Source: Rhizophagus irregularis (taxonomy: Eukaryota). Taken from it: DNA of 64,000 bases. Made by a program: the position numbers and the translations under genes. Shown here piece after piece: positions 1 through 12,341 of the stretch. Where the stretch lies: the NCBI RefSeq assembly GCF_026210795.1, contig NC_089432.1:620001-684000 (forward strand), given 5' to 3'. The notes below the pieces were generated by a model. The model made no database searches. It was given only the letters and a program-made list of their open reading frames with translations, and was not told the DNA's origin. How positions within the stretch are numbered: position 1 is the stretch's first letter; each line of letters opens with the position of its first letter.

Positions 1-352
1 TCGGCTGCGAAGATTACGAGAAGTATGTGGGCGTACCGGTGGGGAGTTGGCAACGGGAATCGATCAGACACTAGTTGAGGTCCGGATTGTGCACCATAAG
101 CTTTAAGCCTAAGTGGTGTTAGTTGAGGTTATATAGTATTAGTTTTTTTTATTTTGTATTTAGTATATATTTTATGCATTTTTTGATGGCGTCTGGTGTC
201 CTTAGCGTAGTTTTCTTTTTTATTTATTGTAGATAGACTAGTTAGCTATAGGTTTTCATTGTCCGACGTCACCTCTATGTATTTTGTTTTTTGTAATGCT
301 CTATGTATAAACATAATAAAATATGCAATTCTAACTTTAACGATAAAAAAAA
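1..352 (+). mobile_element. Possible 3' end (ORF tail, 3'UTR, A-tail) of a non-LTR retrotransposon
   Basis: GC-richer coding-like start, then a T/G-rich UTR with AATAAA and an A-run at ~345-352; similar in texture to the 3'UTR of the LINE at 38430-38663. No protein motif seen. Confidence 0.3.
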
Positions 353-377
353 GTATATAATATATATTAAAAAAATC

Positions 378-505
378 GGTTACGGTACATTTCGCCGAAA
401 GAACGTTTCGCCGAAAAATAGGGCCAACATTATGCAGAATTATAAATAACTCAGGCCAGAGATTATTTTTCGGTAAAATGGCTTTCGGCGAAATGTCCCG
501 ATACC
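378..505. mobile_element. Mutator-like (MULE) MITE, 128 bp
   Basis: TIRs GGTTACGGTACATTTCGCCGAAA / TTTCGGCGAAATGTCCCGATACC; perfect 9-bp TSD AAAAAAATC (369-377 and 506-514). Confidence 0.8.
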
Positions 506-893
506 AAAAAAATCTGATATAAAATATTAAAAATTCGTGCGAAAAGATGATCAAATAATACGAAAAATCATGATAATCACGATGATGATGGCAATGGTGA
601 TGGTTATTCTAGTTCTAGAAACGTTTCAACTAGGTTTAAATTTATTTTTTATAAATTTCTACATTTGGTAATAAAAAAGCTTACTAGTTACTACGCCGTT
701 GTCCGCATGATCGGGTGATCAATGTCGTATTTTTGTATGGTAGTAGAATTATATATATACAGTATATTTATCTATTTAGTACTAAAATTTTTTCGTTTTA
801 TTCAAATCACGAATCAAATTCTAATGCAACTTCAACTTATCAAATATTCATCAAAATAGACTTATATTAACCTTCTGTTGGTCCATCTGTTGG

Positions 894-2570
894 TTATTTA
901 ATAGAGATTAATTGACTAGTTTGGTCAATAGTAGGAATATAAATAATTGAATCAGTCATTGAATTCTTTCGCTCATCTTCAGCATCTTGGAAGGAATTAT
1001 AGATTGTAACCAATTGCTCCCTTTTACTATGAATCCAATCATCAAAAGTTTTAACTAGAAAGCTGGCAGATGGTCTTTTTTTTGGGTCAGATTCCCAACA
1101 AGATTTCATAAGTTCGGTATAAATAAAAGGAGTGGCAAAAGTGATTTCGGATCGATATCCCTGAATAATGTTACTAGGATTGATTTCCTCATGGTGAAAT
1201 GGGATTTTTCCACTTGCAATTTCATACATGATCATTGCAAAACTATAAATATCAGACGCTGAAGAATATTGACCACCAGATAGAATTTCAGGTGCCATAT
1301 ATTCTAATACACCAAATAGTTCATCTGTTGATACAGAATCTTGACTCCATGTAAGTCCAAGATCACTTATCATTGTCCAACTTCCGTGTCTTAAAATATT
1401 ACCTGTATGTAAATCACGATGAACGTACCCAGAGTTATGAATAATTTCTAGACCCTTAGCAATGTCTTTAAGCGTAATTAACCGTTCAATCCAGGGAAAA
1501 TTTCCAACCTTTTTACGAATGTATTGTCGTAAATTTCCATCTTTAGCATAAGATGTTACAACAATAAAATCTCCCGTGTCTTCCCAACGTGAAACTCCAA
1601 AACAACGCAGTACATGCCCAATTTTTTTACTAAATTTATGGTGAGCTGAAAGCTATATGACAAAATTATAAAAAAATTACTATTTAATTAAGAATAAGAA
1701 AATCCCCAGAAGTAAATTAATTCTAATATTTACCTCATTAATAAATTCATCTAAATTTTTTTGAGATCCTTTTATTACTTTTAATACTACTTCATGACCA
1801 CCGAAGCGTTCCCAGTTATTAGTATTAGTATCCCAATAGGTAATTGGACCCTGTTTCCATATAGCTTTATGAGCAACACTATATCCACCTTTTGCCAAAT
1901 ATGTAACTTGATCAAAATTTTCGAAAGGAATCCATTCAAAAAAGCTATGAACATTATTTGCAGTAATTTGTGTTTTGATGATTAAATTATCTAAACCTAG
2001 TCGCCAGCTTGTCCATTCTGAAGTTTGACTATAAAAATGAGCAGCATTACAAGGACGACACCATTTCATTCCGCTAAATGGCTTTCCGCATTCTATACAC
2101 CACCCTAATGAAAATTTTTGTGATTGTGGATAGTTTTCATCATTTATCTCTCGCTTATCCCACGGTGGTGGTGGAGGAAGTTGTGTTGAAGAAGGTGGAT
2201 TGCATGTATATGTTTGGCATGGTCTTGGTGGAAGAGGAAATGGTGAAGAAGGTGATATGCATGTATATGTTTGGCGAGTTGTTGGTGGAAGATGAAATGA
2301 TGTTGAAGGAGGAGGATATTGTGAACTAGGTGATTGTAATAGTCTTGATGTTGATAGTAGCGGATAATAATCATAATATTGCGTTATATAATCATAATCA
2401 TTATATTGCGTTAGATTTGGAACTGTTTTATCTTTAATTGGCTTGGGTTTATTTTTTTTGAACAAATTTATATATCTATTAGTAAAGCAGCTTATTTTTT
2501 CTGCTAGTTTTTTTCTGACCGACTGATGTCGAACATTCTCGCTAAATGAGACCTTATGCCTTAAAATCAT
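894..2570 (-). CDS. TKL-type protein kinase, 2 exons (2570-1734, 1652-894), ~531 aa, Pro-rich N-terminus
   Basis: CxxC..CxxC pre-kinase motif, AKGGYS, VVLK, HRDLHTGN, SDLG, YMAPE, SDIYSF; the GT-AG intron 1733-1653 joins the two ORFs in frame. Confidence 0.9.
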
Positions 2571-2994
2571 TTATTCCTACCACTGCAAGAGAGAATTTAA
2601 TAAGAATCAAAGTTTACGGAGTATTTACATAGGTATTTGTTGTCAAAGTGAATGCTGTGCCTATTGCTTGGCGCGCCCCCACATACTGTAGTAAACAAGT
2701 AATTAGCAATTTACCAATAACCAACATTTGTGACATGTCTGCATCCGGATGATTGGTTCGTGTAAGTATTACAAATGATCAACATTTTCGCATGGGAAAG
2801 AAAAAATGCTCTTTAAATTTACACTGAAAAATTTTAATAGAATAACAAGTAAACGGTAAACGTAAAGCAAAAGAGAACTCTAATTTTTTAAATTAATAAT
2901 AATTAATATAATTACTTTATTAGGTTTATAAAAGGATTTGTTTATGTTGACTAAGATAAAAAATCTTTTTTTTTTAAATTAGTAACGTATTTTA

Positions 2995-3025
2995 TTAGCA
3001 AGTTGCCTTGGTCCCTGACAGGGCG
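2995..3025 (-). mobile_element. Degenerate Helitron-like 3' terminus
   Basis: Minus strand reads GCCCTGTCAGGGACCAAGGC (hairpin) then AACTTGCTAA (CTRR); AT-rich duplicated blocks follow at ~3150-3440. Confidence 0.35.
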
Positions 3026-3894
3026 TTCTAAATTGTTCAATGGAAAATTTTTTTATTTTAATATATAATTAATTATTTATTATATTGTATTATTTTTTTT
3101 TTAATTATTTAGATTATTTAAAAAAAAACCTTTCGTGAATGTATGTTGATCATTTTAGTACGAAAAAAGGTCTTGAACAATTGTAATTATGATTATTTAA
3201 TAAAAAAAATCTTAGATAATTATTTGGTCATTTTAATTTATTAATAAAAAAACTTAGATAATCATTTGGAAAAGATTCTCATATTTAAATAAAAATTAAT
3301 CTGTTTTATTATTTTTTTTTAATAGTTTATTAATATTTTTCGTAAATCATTTTAGTATGACTCCAAACGAAACAAAGATCTTGAACAATTATAATTATGT
3401 CTTTTGTTTTTTATTTGATAAAAAAATCTTAGATAATCATATATAAATAAAATAATAATTTGTTTGTTTTATTGTACTGTACTTTTTTAAGCATAGCGGA
3501 CATGCTTATATCACCATGCCGATCATTTTGCTGATCATATATATTTTTCAAACTTCAATAAACAATATCTCGAAATTCAGTCATCCAATTTTGATAAAGT
3601 TGTGCTCATTGGATTCGCCTCATCGAGACGAGTCAAATGGTGGTATTTTCATTAATTTTGGATCACTAGATGCCAAGATATTCACGATTTTGTATTTCTA
3701 TTATGAATTATCACATTATATAAAATCGGCCGATCTGGCTTGGCTACACCGATATACATTCGGCCGGGCTATAAAAATTGATAAATTTAAGTTTTTTAAC
3801 GATATAGAATAAAATAATAAACCTTTTTCATTACTAAAATTGATATTTATTAATTTTATATATAAATTTTTAGTATTTAATTAGGAAATTTACT

Positions 3895-4230
3895 ATTTTT
3901 AGACTTTAAAACTTTGTACAAAGCCACAGACTTTTAAGCCAACTCTGAAATTTTCATCATATATTTGTTAACCATTTAGAAATATATGGTGAAAAAATGG
4001 CATCCTAATTCGCTTGAAACCAAAAGTTACCTATATACTATATTTAGTCAATTTTAATAAATTTGCAATTTTTAGACTTCAAAGTTTTGTACAAAGCCAC
4101 AGACTTTTAAGCCAACTTTGAAATTTTCATTATATATTTGTTAACCATTTAGAAATATATGGTAAAAAAATGGCATCCTAATTCGCTTGAAACCAAAACT
4201 TACTTATATGTTATATTTAGTCAATTTTAA
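3895..4230 (+). repeat. Two near-identical ~173-bp tandem subterminal repeats, each internally palindromic
   Basis: AGACTT..TTTGTACAAAGCCACAGACTTTTAAGCCAACT...TTTAGTCAATTTTAA starts at 3901 and again at 4074. Confidence 0.9.
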
Positions 4231-4468
4231 GTAATATATGATTATTTGATTTTAAAACTTTATATATTTTCTAAAATTTATTTTTGTTTACTATTTTAAA
4301 AATATAAGATAAAATTAATTATTTTAAAAGTTTTCTATGTGTTATATTTAATCAGTTTTTTTATAAATAGACAAAAAAATTGCTTTAGCAAAATTAGAAA
4401 ATCCAATCCAATTTAAAATAAAAAAACAATATTTTTTTAAATACTTTCATAATTTTTAATTATAAAAA

Positions 4469-7400
4469 ATGGATAACACTTCTACTTTTTCAAATATTTG
4501 CAATTTTGATTCCATTGAATGTAATGGAAGAATAAAGCCAATCACTTATAACACTAAAATACCAAAATCTACTGAATTAATTATTTCAGTTGGAATGTAT
4601 TTATGCCAAATACATTACAATCAATTTATTTTAAATGAAACTAGAAATATTAATTATAATAAGAGTTGTGAGCATCCAAAACATGATGAATATAAAAATC
4701 AATCAAAAAATACAAAAAAAAAATCAAGCAAACTTAATCTTAAAAAGGTTCCAAAAAGATTAATTGAAGTTTTAGAATTAAATGAATCTTCAGAAATTTG
4801 TAGTATGTGTAGAAATAAAACTGATAAAGATTCTGAATATTTACAAAATGAAAAATACAAAGCACCTATTCCAATTAAAAAAAACAATTTAAATGATAAT
4901 GATAATTTACAAGATGAATCAATAGAAACTATACAAGATGAACTAATAGAGGCTATACAAGATGAATCAATAGAAGTTATACAAAATGAATCAATAGAAG
5001 TTATACAAAATGAATCAATAGAAACTAAACAAATAAAAACTTGTCAACATCCAAAACATGATGAATACTTAAATCAATCAAAAAATACAAGCAAACAATT
5101 TAGTCTTCAAAAAGTTCCAACAAGATTAATTAAAGTATTAGAATTAGATGAACTTGCAATGATTTGCAGTATGTGTAAAAAAAAAACTGATAAAGATTCT
5201 CAATATTTACAAACTGAAGAATATAAAGCACCAATTTCTAGAAAAAATAATAATGACAATATATCAAAAATAGGAAATCATACTTATTTATTTAGAAAAG
5301 ATATCTTATATACTGGAGAAGAATTACAACAATTTGAATCAGATTATCAAGAAATTATGACACAATTAAAAATTTCAAGTGAAATTAAATTAAGTAGTAA
5401 AATAATAAAAATGTCTAATATTCTTTATAATAATCAACATAGATTAAATCTTAAACCTATTTATGATCCAATAGCTTTTAAAACTATGTTAGAAACAGCT
5501 GATAAAGATTTAATTGGATTTTTTGATGAATTATATGCTGGAACTAATCCTAATACTAAATCTGAAACAACAAATAATAACAACAAAAAAAAATTAGTTT
5601 CTTTATGTTATTTTTTAGCTAGCATTAATAATAAATATATTAATGGAATTAAAGTTGATATTGGATCATACTTGGAAACTTCTGGAGCTTCTTCTTCTTC
5701 TATTGATACATTGGCAAATATAGGAGTTTCAGTAACAAGAAAAACAGTAAATCGTAAAAAAAATTTTATTTCAAATGAACACCAACAAACTGTAGATAAT
5801 TATTGTTTACAAAATATAGAAAATATGTTTATTCTTAATATAGATGATTACCATAATATTCATAGGCGTAATCAACCAACATTGTTACAAACTCACAATA
5901 TTTATCATTTTGTAACAATATTATTGAATACAAATACTAAAATTCCAAAAATACCATTTTATTCATTAAATAATTTTTCAATACATAATCCTAAAGGAAT
6001 TGATTCTGGATTAATTATTAATAACATTAAAAATAATTTTATGAATCAATTAGGTAAAAGTTATTATATGCAAAAAGAATTATGGAAAAATTTTTTAATT
6101 GAAGATTCTTATGAAAATAGAGTTGAACTACTTAATATTCATAATTATGATGGTAGAATTCAAAATTACCATGAATTAAGATCAATGTCTAATAGCAAAT
6201 TAGTAGACTTTATTTTGCATCCTTTACATAGTACTAAGGATTATATTGAATGTTTAGATTATGTATTTAAAGCATTTGAAAGATTAGAAAATATTGAAGA
6301 AAATTATTTAAATAATTTTATCATTCCTGTAATTGCTGATTGGCCAGGACAAGTAAATATAAGAAGAGCTATAACACTTAGAATTAAGAAAGGCATTAAT
6401 TCTGGAGTTCCAGAGCAAGTGTTAAATTTAATTCCTATGATAGGTCCACTTCATGTCTCTTTAAACAGCAGAGAAATACTATTTCAAACATATCATTTCT
6501 TTTTTGAGATGCTATATCATAACTTATTTGGAGATAAAAAAATATTATCTCAAAAACCAAAACAAACAGTAATCAATCTTATTTTACATTTAACTTATCA
6601 TGGATGGAAAAATATTCGTGATATTGTTACAAAAAGATTTGGAAATTTAAAAGATGCAGAATATCAAATGATGATAGATTTATTAGATAATTCTATTCCA
6701 CTTACTTTGGATATATATGCAATACTTTTTAGAAGTGGATTTTTTGAAGGATATTTAGAAAGTACTGTAAAAATTTGGATATTATTTCAAAGATTGAGAA
6801 GACATAATTATAATAAAGCATCACTTATGTTTTTAAGTGATGTATTTTATTGGACTTCAAAAAATCATCCAATAATTAATATTTTAAAAAATAATTTACC
6901 AATTTTTAATGATTATTTTGTTGAAAATTTTCATAGCTCTTTAAGGCATCAAACAGCAGAATCAAATTCAGAGTTACAAATTATACAAAAAGCAAAAATT
7001 ATTGATGCTGAAAGAAATAATAATTCTTTTAAAAATTCTTTTGTTAATTTGAGAAATCCAGCTAAGTCTCAAATTAAAGAATTAAAATCTTTAGAAAAAA
7101 AGGTTTCATTATTTTTATTCTCAATATTTGATAAGATTCATCAGAATATAGGAAATACAAAACAAATTAATAATGATAGATATCCAAAATTTTATCTTCC
7201 AAGTTTTGATATTGAAGTGGATGTAAAGGTACTTCCTTTAGGCTGGAATACACAAAAAATACCAGCAGATGATAAATTTTGTGATGCAAATAATTGTTTA
7301 TTATCAAATAGTATAGATTTATCTAATGGAATTGTTTTACTTTGTGGACACAGTTTTCATAAAGAATGTTTAAGTACTTTATATGATGATAAATGTAATT

Positions 7401-7633
7401 TTTGTTTTGATTATTTATCATCTGGAATTGAGAAAAATATTAAGAGTTTGGATCAAAGATTGTCGACATCATTAAAAGAAAATGAAATCCCTTTATTTGA
7501 AAAGGAAAATAATAATGATGATGAAAATGATGAAGAAGAGAATATTGAAAACATATTAGAAAGAATAGAATGTGATGTAGAAAATCAATATGATATAATG
7601 TATCAACAATGGTTAAATTATAATGATATATAA
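4469..7633 (+). CDS. 1054-aa putative DDE (RNase H-fold) transposase, Academ/DUF6589-like, with N-terminal Zn modules and a C-terminal RING-H2 finger
   Basis: Ordered motifs LNIDDYH, VIADWPGQ, MIGPLH, HNYNKA, YFVENFH; two C-x-HPKH...C-SM-C repeats; C-terminal CDANNC..CGHSFHKEC..CNFC; lies between TIRs. Confidence 0.75.
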   Translation: MDNTSTFSNICNFDSIECNGRIKPITYNTKIPKSTELIISVGMYLCQIHYNQFILNETRNINYNKSCEHPKHDEYKNQSKNTKKKSSKLNLKKVPKRLIEVLELNESSEICSMCRNKTDKDSEYLQNEKYKAPIPIKKNNLNDNDNLQDESIETIQDELIEAIQDESIEVIQNESIEVIQNESIETKQIKTCQHPKHDEYLNQSKNTSKQFSLQKVPTRLIKVLELDELAMICSMCKKKTDKDSQYLQTEEYKAPISRKNNNDNISKIGNHTYLFRKDILYTGEELQQFESDYQEIMTQLKISSEIKLSSKIIKMSNILYNNQHRLNLKPIYDPIAFKTMLETADKDLIGFFDELYAGTNPNTKSETTNNNNKKKLVSLCYFLASINNKYINGIKVDIGSYLETSGASSSSIDTLANIGVSVTRKTVNRKKNFISNEHQQTVDNYCLQNIENMFILNIDDYHNIHRRNQPTLLQTHNIYHFVTILLNTNTKIPKIPFYSLNNFSIHNPKGIDSGLIINNIKNNFMNQLGKSYYMQKELWKNFLIEDSYENRVELLNIHNYDGRIQNYHELRSMSNSKLVDFILHPLHSTKDYIECLDYVFKAFERLENIEENYLNNFIIPVIADWPGQVNIRRAITLRIKKGINSGVPEQVLNLIPMIGPLHVSLNSREILFQTYHFFFEMLYHNLFGDKKILSQKPKQTVINLILHLTYHGWKNIRDIVTKRFGNLKDAEYQMMIDLLDNSIPLTLDIYAILFRSGFFEGYLESTVKIWILFQRLRRHNYNKASLMFLSDVFYWTSKNHPIINILKNNLPIFNDYFVENFHSSLRHQTAESNSELQIIQKAKIIDAERNNNSFKNSFVNLRNPAKSQIKELKSLEKKVSLFLFSIFDKIHQNIGNTKQINNDRYPKFYLPSFDIEVDVKVLPLGWNTQKIPADDKFCDANNCLLSNSIDLSNGIVLLCGHSFHKECLSTLYDDKCNFCFDYLSSGIEKNIKSLDQRLSTSLKENEIPLFEKENNNDDENDEEENIENILERIECDVENQYDIMYQQWLNYNDI

Positions 7634-8205
7634 TTAGTATTAATATAATAATTTTTATTAAATTGCAAAAGTCACTTTATTGAAATTTTTTAATAATAAA
7701 AATTAATATTTTATTTTGATTAATGAAAATTAATGAATTATAATTGTATAATTACTCCAACTAATAAGATAAATTATATAATAAAATAATTAGAAGATTC
7801 CGAATGCAAATATCTCAAGATATATAACTCCAAATTTTGTAAAATAAAGATGATCGGATTCATCAAGTCCTAAGCTTTCTAACAAGCTAAAAATCATAAA
7901 ATTCTGATCACTGGATGCTGAGATAACTGAGATTAACTTTAAAAAAAATCTAATATTAAATGTGATATGATAAAATAGTGATCAACAAATGATCGGCAAA
8001 TGATCGGCAAAATTGTGATAAAATAGGGATGTCCGCTATGCTAATCCGGCCAGGATTACTCCAATTTTTGGTAAAAATAAATATTAACACATGATTTCGG
8101 AATTCGGGTAAATAGTTTAGCCACCAGATTTGTTAAAAAAATATTTTTAAACAAAATTTCCGTATAAGGAGATTATAATTCTGGCTGGCACTATAAATTA
8201 AATAT

Positions 8206-8560
8206 TGTGTGACGTAGATCCCTTACATAAAAGGAAAATTTCCTTAAAAGGCGATTTTCAAATTCAAAATTTCAAATTTCAAATTTCAAAAATCTTTAAA
8301 AAAATTTCCTTTTATGGTAATTTTTTTTTGAAATTTCGAAATTTTGAAATTTTGAACTTTTAAAATCGCCTTATAAGGAAATTTTCCTTTTATAGGATAG
8401 ATCTACGTTACACAAAACGTCCAAAAAAGGAAATTTGGTAACACCAACTTCCTTATTTGGACATTTGTGTAACGTTACATTGCCATAAAAGGAGATTTTC
8501 CTTATAAGGAGATTTTAAAATTCAAAAATTCGAAAAATCAATTTTTCGAAATTTTGGCAC
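8206..8560. mobile_element. Palindromic MITE-like repeat (TGTGTRACG...CGTTACACA family)
   Basis: 8206-8414 is a long inverted repeat (ATAAAAGGAAAATTTCCTT / AAGGAAATTTTCCTTTTAT); a third partial arm follows; related sequence occurs at ~63820-63890. Confidence 0.65.
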
Positions 8561-9467
8561 TTTTCGTTCAAACGGTACACTTATAACTTTATGTCGTCTA
8601 TTAATAATAATTGATTAATATTTTGATCTTTTAATTTGATATTTTTTACAAGTCAATTCGGTAATTTTTAATTGATGAAAAAGATAATTTTACTAACCTT
8701 TGTTTTTAATAAAAAAAATGATTTTATTTTGCCTTTATTAATACGTAAATAATCTGCGCAAACGACTTATTTTGAATTAAGTTTTACGTAAGTATATAGT
8801 AAACAAAAACATATTTTTAAAAAATGAAATTTTCTTTGTTCATTAATCAATAATTCTTAATGTTTATTCATCAAGTTTCAGGATGATTTAAATTTTAAAG
8901 TTAAAAAAAAAATTTGATACCAATGTTACAAATAACATAATAATCATCATAATCATTAATAATGTCATTGCATAATATATTGTATAATGTAATAAAAAGT
9001 TTTTTGATTACATTGTTATATGGCTCTACATGAATTTAGGAAGTAGAAGACTGAAGAAAATTTTTGAAGAAAAGTTACGCTATTATTAATGAGAGAAAAG
9101 AAAATTGAACATGTTTTAATCGGTATATAAAAATAATGAAATAAGCTAGTTAGTGATTATTTTAAATAATTTTTAAATGATTTTAAATGATTGGTTCAAT
9201 GAATTCACGAGTAAAAAAAGTATTACAGCCTTAAAGGCATCAATTGCATCATGCATGATTTTTCTCAGGATCAGCTTTTATCTCCTTTAAATAATAATAT
9301 GATTAGCTAATAATGACATAATAATTTGTTCATTATAAGGGGTTAGCTTAAATATTGATTATTGAATTGATAAGAAAAAAAAAGGAAAATTTTTTATTCT
9401 TCTTCATTTGTTATTTTCTTAACCATAAAAAAAAAAATACATACATATTATATTAAACACGACAAAC

Positions 9468-11678
9468 ATGAAATATCAAACTGTAACCAGAACAATAGAT
9501 ACACTTGAAATTGTGCAAAATGCTATTTTACGTTCTACTGTTGATAATTTTTCTCAAAGAAAAAGCAGAGAACAATTAGTTGATGAACATAAAAGACTAG
9601 ATATTTCATGTGATAAGAATAAATATGTTGTTCATAATATCAATAAACAAGAGAATTTAACTCTAAACATTCAACTTCGGATATCAATATCAAATTTAAA
9701 AGTTGATAATGTACCCACTGGAAGATTCTTATTATGTCGAGTGATTTCCAAATTCGTAAAATTATTTTCCCTTTTAGCTCTTGTGGAAGATCCAGAGGGT
9801 AATGTTGAAAGACTTGCTTTGTATAATTGGACAAATTTTCCTAAAGAAGGTCAATCAAATATTAAACCTATCGATCAATTATTTTTACCAATTGGAACTC
9901 TACTTGTCATCAAGAATATATCTTATGAAGTTGCCACTAGTAATATAACCATAATTCGTTCTAATAACCCTGATGATGTCATCGTCGTCGATCATAATAA
10001 CAAGTTGTTTGATGACGTGAAATGGTCCACGAATGAAAAGAAAGTCGAGATAAAGAATGCCAATGATTTCCGTCGTTGTGGGAATGATTATTTTGCTTCA
10101 AGTAATTATATTACAGCTATTGATAAATATTCAAATGGCATCAAATTGGAGCCACAAAATGTCACTTTACTTAATAACCGAGCAGAAGCTTACCTTCGAT
10201 TGTATCAATTTCATAATGCTTTTAAGGATACAGAAATTGCTCTTAAGTATGATCCCAATAATTTAAAAGCAGCTTATCGCAAGGGTAAAGCTCTTTGTGG
10301 TCTCAAACATTATAAGGATGCCACTAATATACTTCAAAATTTATATCAAAGAATGAAAGGTAATACTTCAATTAAACAAATTTTGGAACATACAGAAATG
10401 TTGTCTTATGAAAATAAAAATGGGAAATATGATTATTTACGTATCGTTGATGAATTCTATGAGAGGTCTAAAATTAAAAAGGATAATAAGGGTAATGATG
10501 TTTGGATTTATGAAACAGGTCCAAGATTGGATCATGCTGAATTTTGAAATGACAATATTAAAGTTGACCTTGTAGAAGGAAAAGGAAGAGGTTGGATCGC
10601 TAAATGTGACATTCCTGAATGTACTTTGCTGATGGTCTCTAAAGCATTTAAAGTAGTTTTTAGTAATGAAGCTTTTGGAACTATGATAACCAATAATAAA
10701 GGTGCATGTTCGTGTGCTGAAGAATTAACTACATGTATTACTCGGAAACTTTTTGAAGAACCTTATTATTGTCCGGAAGTGTATCAACTTTATGATGGTT
10801 TAAATCTTAGTAGAGATGAAAAAAATAAAATAATCGGGAAAAGTACAATACATATTGAATTTATTATATGTGCTCTTGTGCACAATATTTTTGGTTTAAA
10901 TTATGAAAAATTTAATCTTAATAATGAAATAACCGGTTTAGGACTGTGGATCTTGCCATCTTTTTTTAATCATGCATGTATTGATGAAAATACATACAGT
11001 TTTCATCTTGGTGATTTGTTATTCGTTCGAACTAATCGGCCTATTTCAAAAGGTGAAGAGCTAGTTATTAATTACAGAGATGCTACCTTTAGCTATGAGG
11101 AACGATTAAGTTATCTTGAATATATTAACGTAGATTGCCAATGTAGAATGTGCAAGTTGGAGAGATCTGAATCACAAGAAATTAAACTTAGAATGGCACA
11201 ACTCTTGAAAGCTTATCATGAATCAATTTATCCTAAAGTATCAAAATCACATAGTGTTGAACTTTCTCATATTAAAGAATTAGAAAATATAATTGCTGAA
11301 TTACGTAATCTTCGAAAAGAACATCCAGATCTAGGATTCAATACAATAAAACTTAGCAAAACCCTGGCATTTGCTTACCTTGAAATTGGAAATAATAAAA
11401 AGGCTCTATCTATTTTGAAAGAGGCATATGATTTATATAAATCAGTTCGTGTGAGTGAAATTCGTATAATAATCTTTGATATTATAATGATCAATTCAAA
11501 ACTCAAGTTGTTTGAAGAAGCTAAGAAATGGTTTGATATTATATTGAAAATAGTTGTAGAACCTATAATGGGTAAACTTGAGGATGATAAACCTGAATGG
11601 AGAAAAGAAGCATTGCTTTTGACAGAAAAAATTCTTCCGAAAATAAATTCAATTGCTGAAACTTTAAATATAGTATAA
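9468..11678 (+). pseudogene. TPR + SET-domain protein (SMYD-like lysine methyltransferase), one in-frame TGA at 10545-10547
   Basis: Both ORFs share a frame; TPRs (GNDYF..AIDKYS, NRAEAYLRL, AAYRKGKAL); SET motifs GKGRGWIA, FFNHAC, GEELVINY, post-SET CQCRMC; reads LDHAEF*NDNIKVDLVEGKGRG. Confidence 0.85.
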
Positions 11679-11795
11679 TGAAATATTTTAGTTAGATCAA
11701 ATCATGCAATATCTCTTAATTTTAAAAATGAAACAAAATGTACAATTATTTTATATTGCTGAAAACTTATGCTAAAGATATGTAATCTAAACAAA

Positions 11796-11830
<35 letters not shown>

Positions 11831-12230
11831 ATGCGAATTTAAATATTTTTTAAGTGACATGTTATATATACTGCAAGCATATTTAGTATAGTGTTTCATA
11901 ATTCTAACTTTATTAAAAATAAGTTTATTAAGAATTTTTCTTTTTTTAATTATAATAAGTTATTTCAGTACTTAAAATTTTAAAAGAAAGAAAAATCATT
12001 TTATTTTATTTATAAAAATCAAATTTAAATCTTATTAATCCGAATGTACGAATGGTTTTTAAATACGAAAGGTAGAAAGTGAGAGATTTTCAACAATATT
12101 TGAAATATTTGTCAATCAGATTTTGTGTATTTTACGGATTCACGAAATTAGAATAACGATTTCGAAATTTGAATTATTTAAATTATTAGAATTGAACATA
12201 AGTGATATATGAAATCAAATGTTATTATTA

Positions 12231-12341
12231 CCCGACGGTGACAGGGAATTTGACAGACAGGTTTGGTCAGAGTTATGCAGAGTTATGCATACACGTGATC
12301 AAACGGCCAGTGTTAGACAATCGGGAAAATGTCCTGTCGAG
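12231..12341. mobile_element. Small degenerate CCCGAC-ended MITE, related to the inverted copy at ~23655-23744
   Basis: CCCGACGG...TGTCCTGTCGAG termini; internal CAGAGTTATG repeats match CATAACTC at 23685-23712; no clear TSD. Confidence 0.45.

Larger units (their letters stand above)
3491..8041 (+). mobile_element. Autonomous-looking TIR DNA transposon (~4.55 kb)
   Basis: TIR GCATAGCGGACAT (3491) / ATGTCCGCTATGC (ends 8041) with imperfect extension through TGCCGATCATTT motifs; TAA on both flanks; one long intronless ORF inside. Confidence 0.85.

Noticed and set aside
3516..3812. 98-aa ORF as a second transposon gene
   Set aside because: Overlaps the TIR and subterminal palindrome and has no Myb/SANT or other motif.
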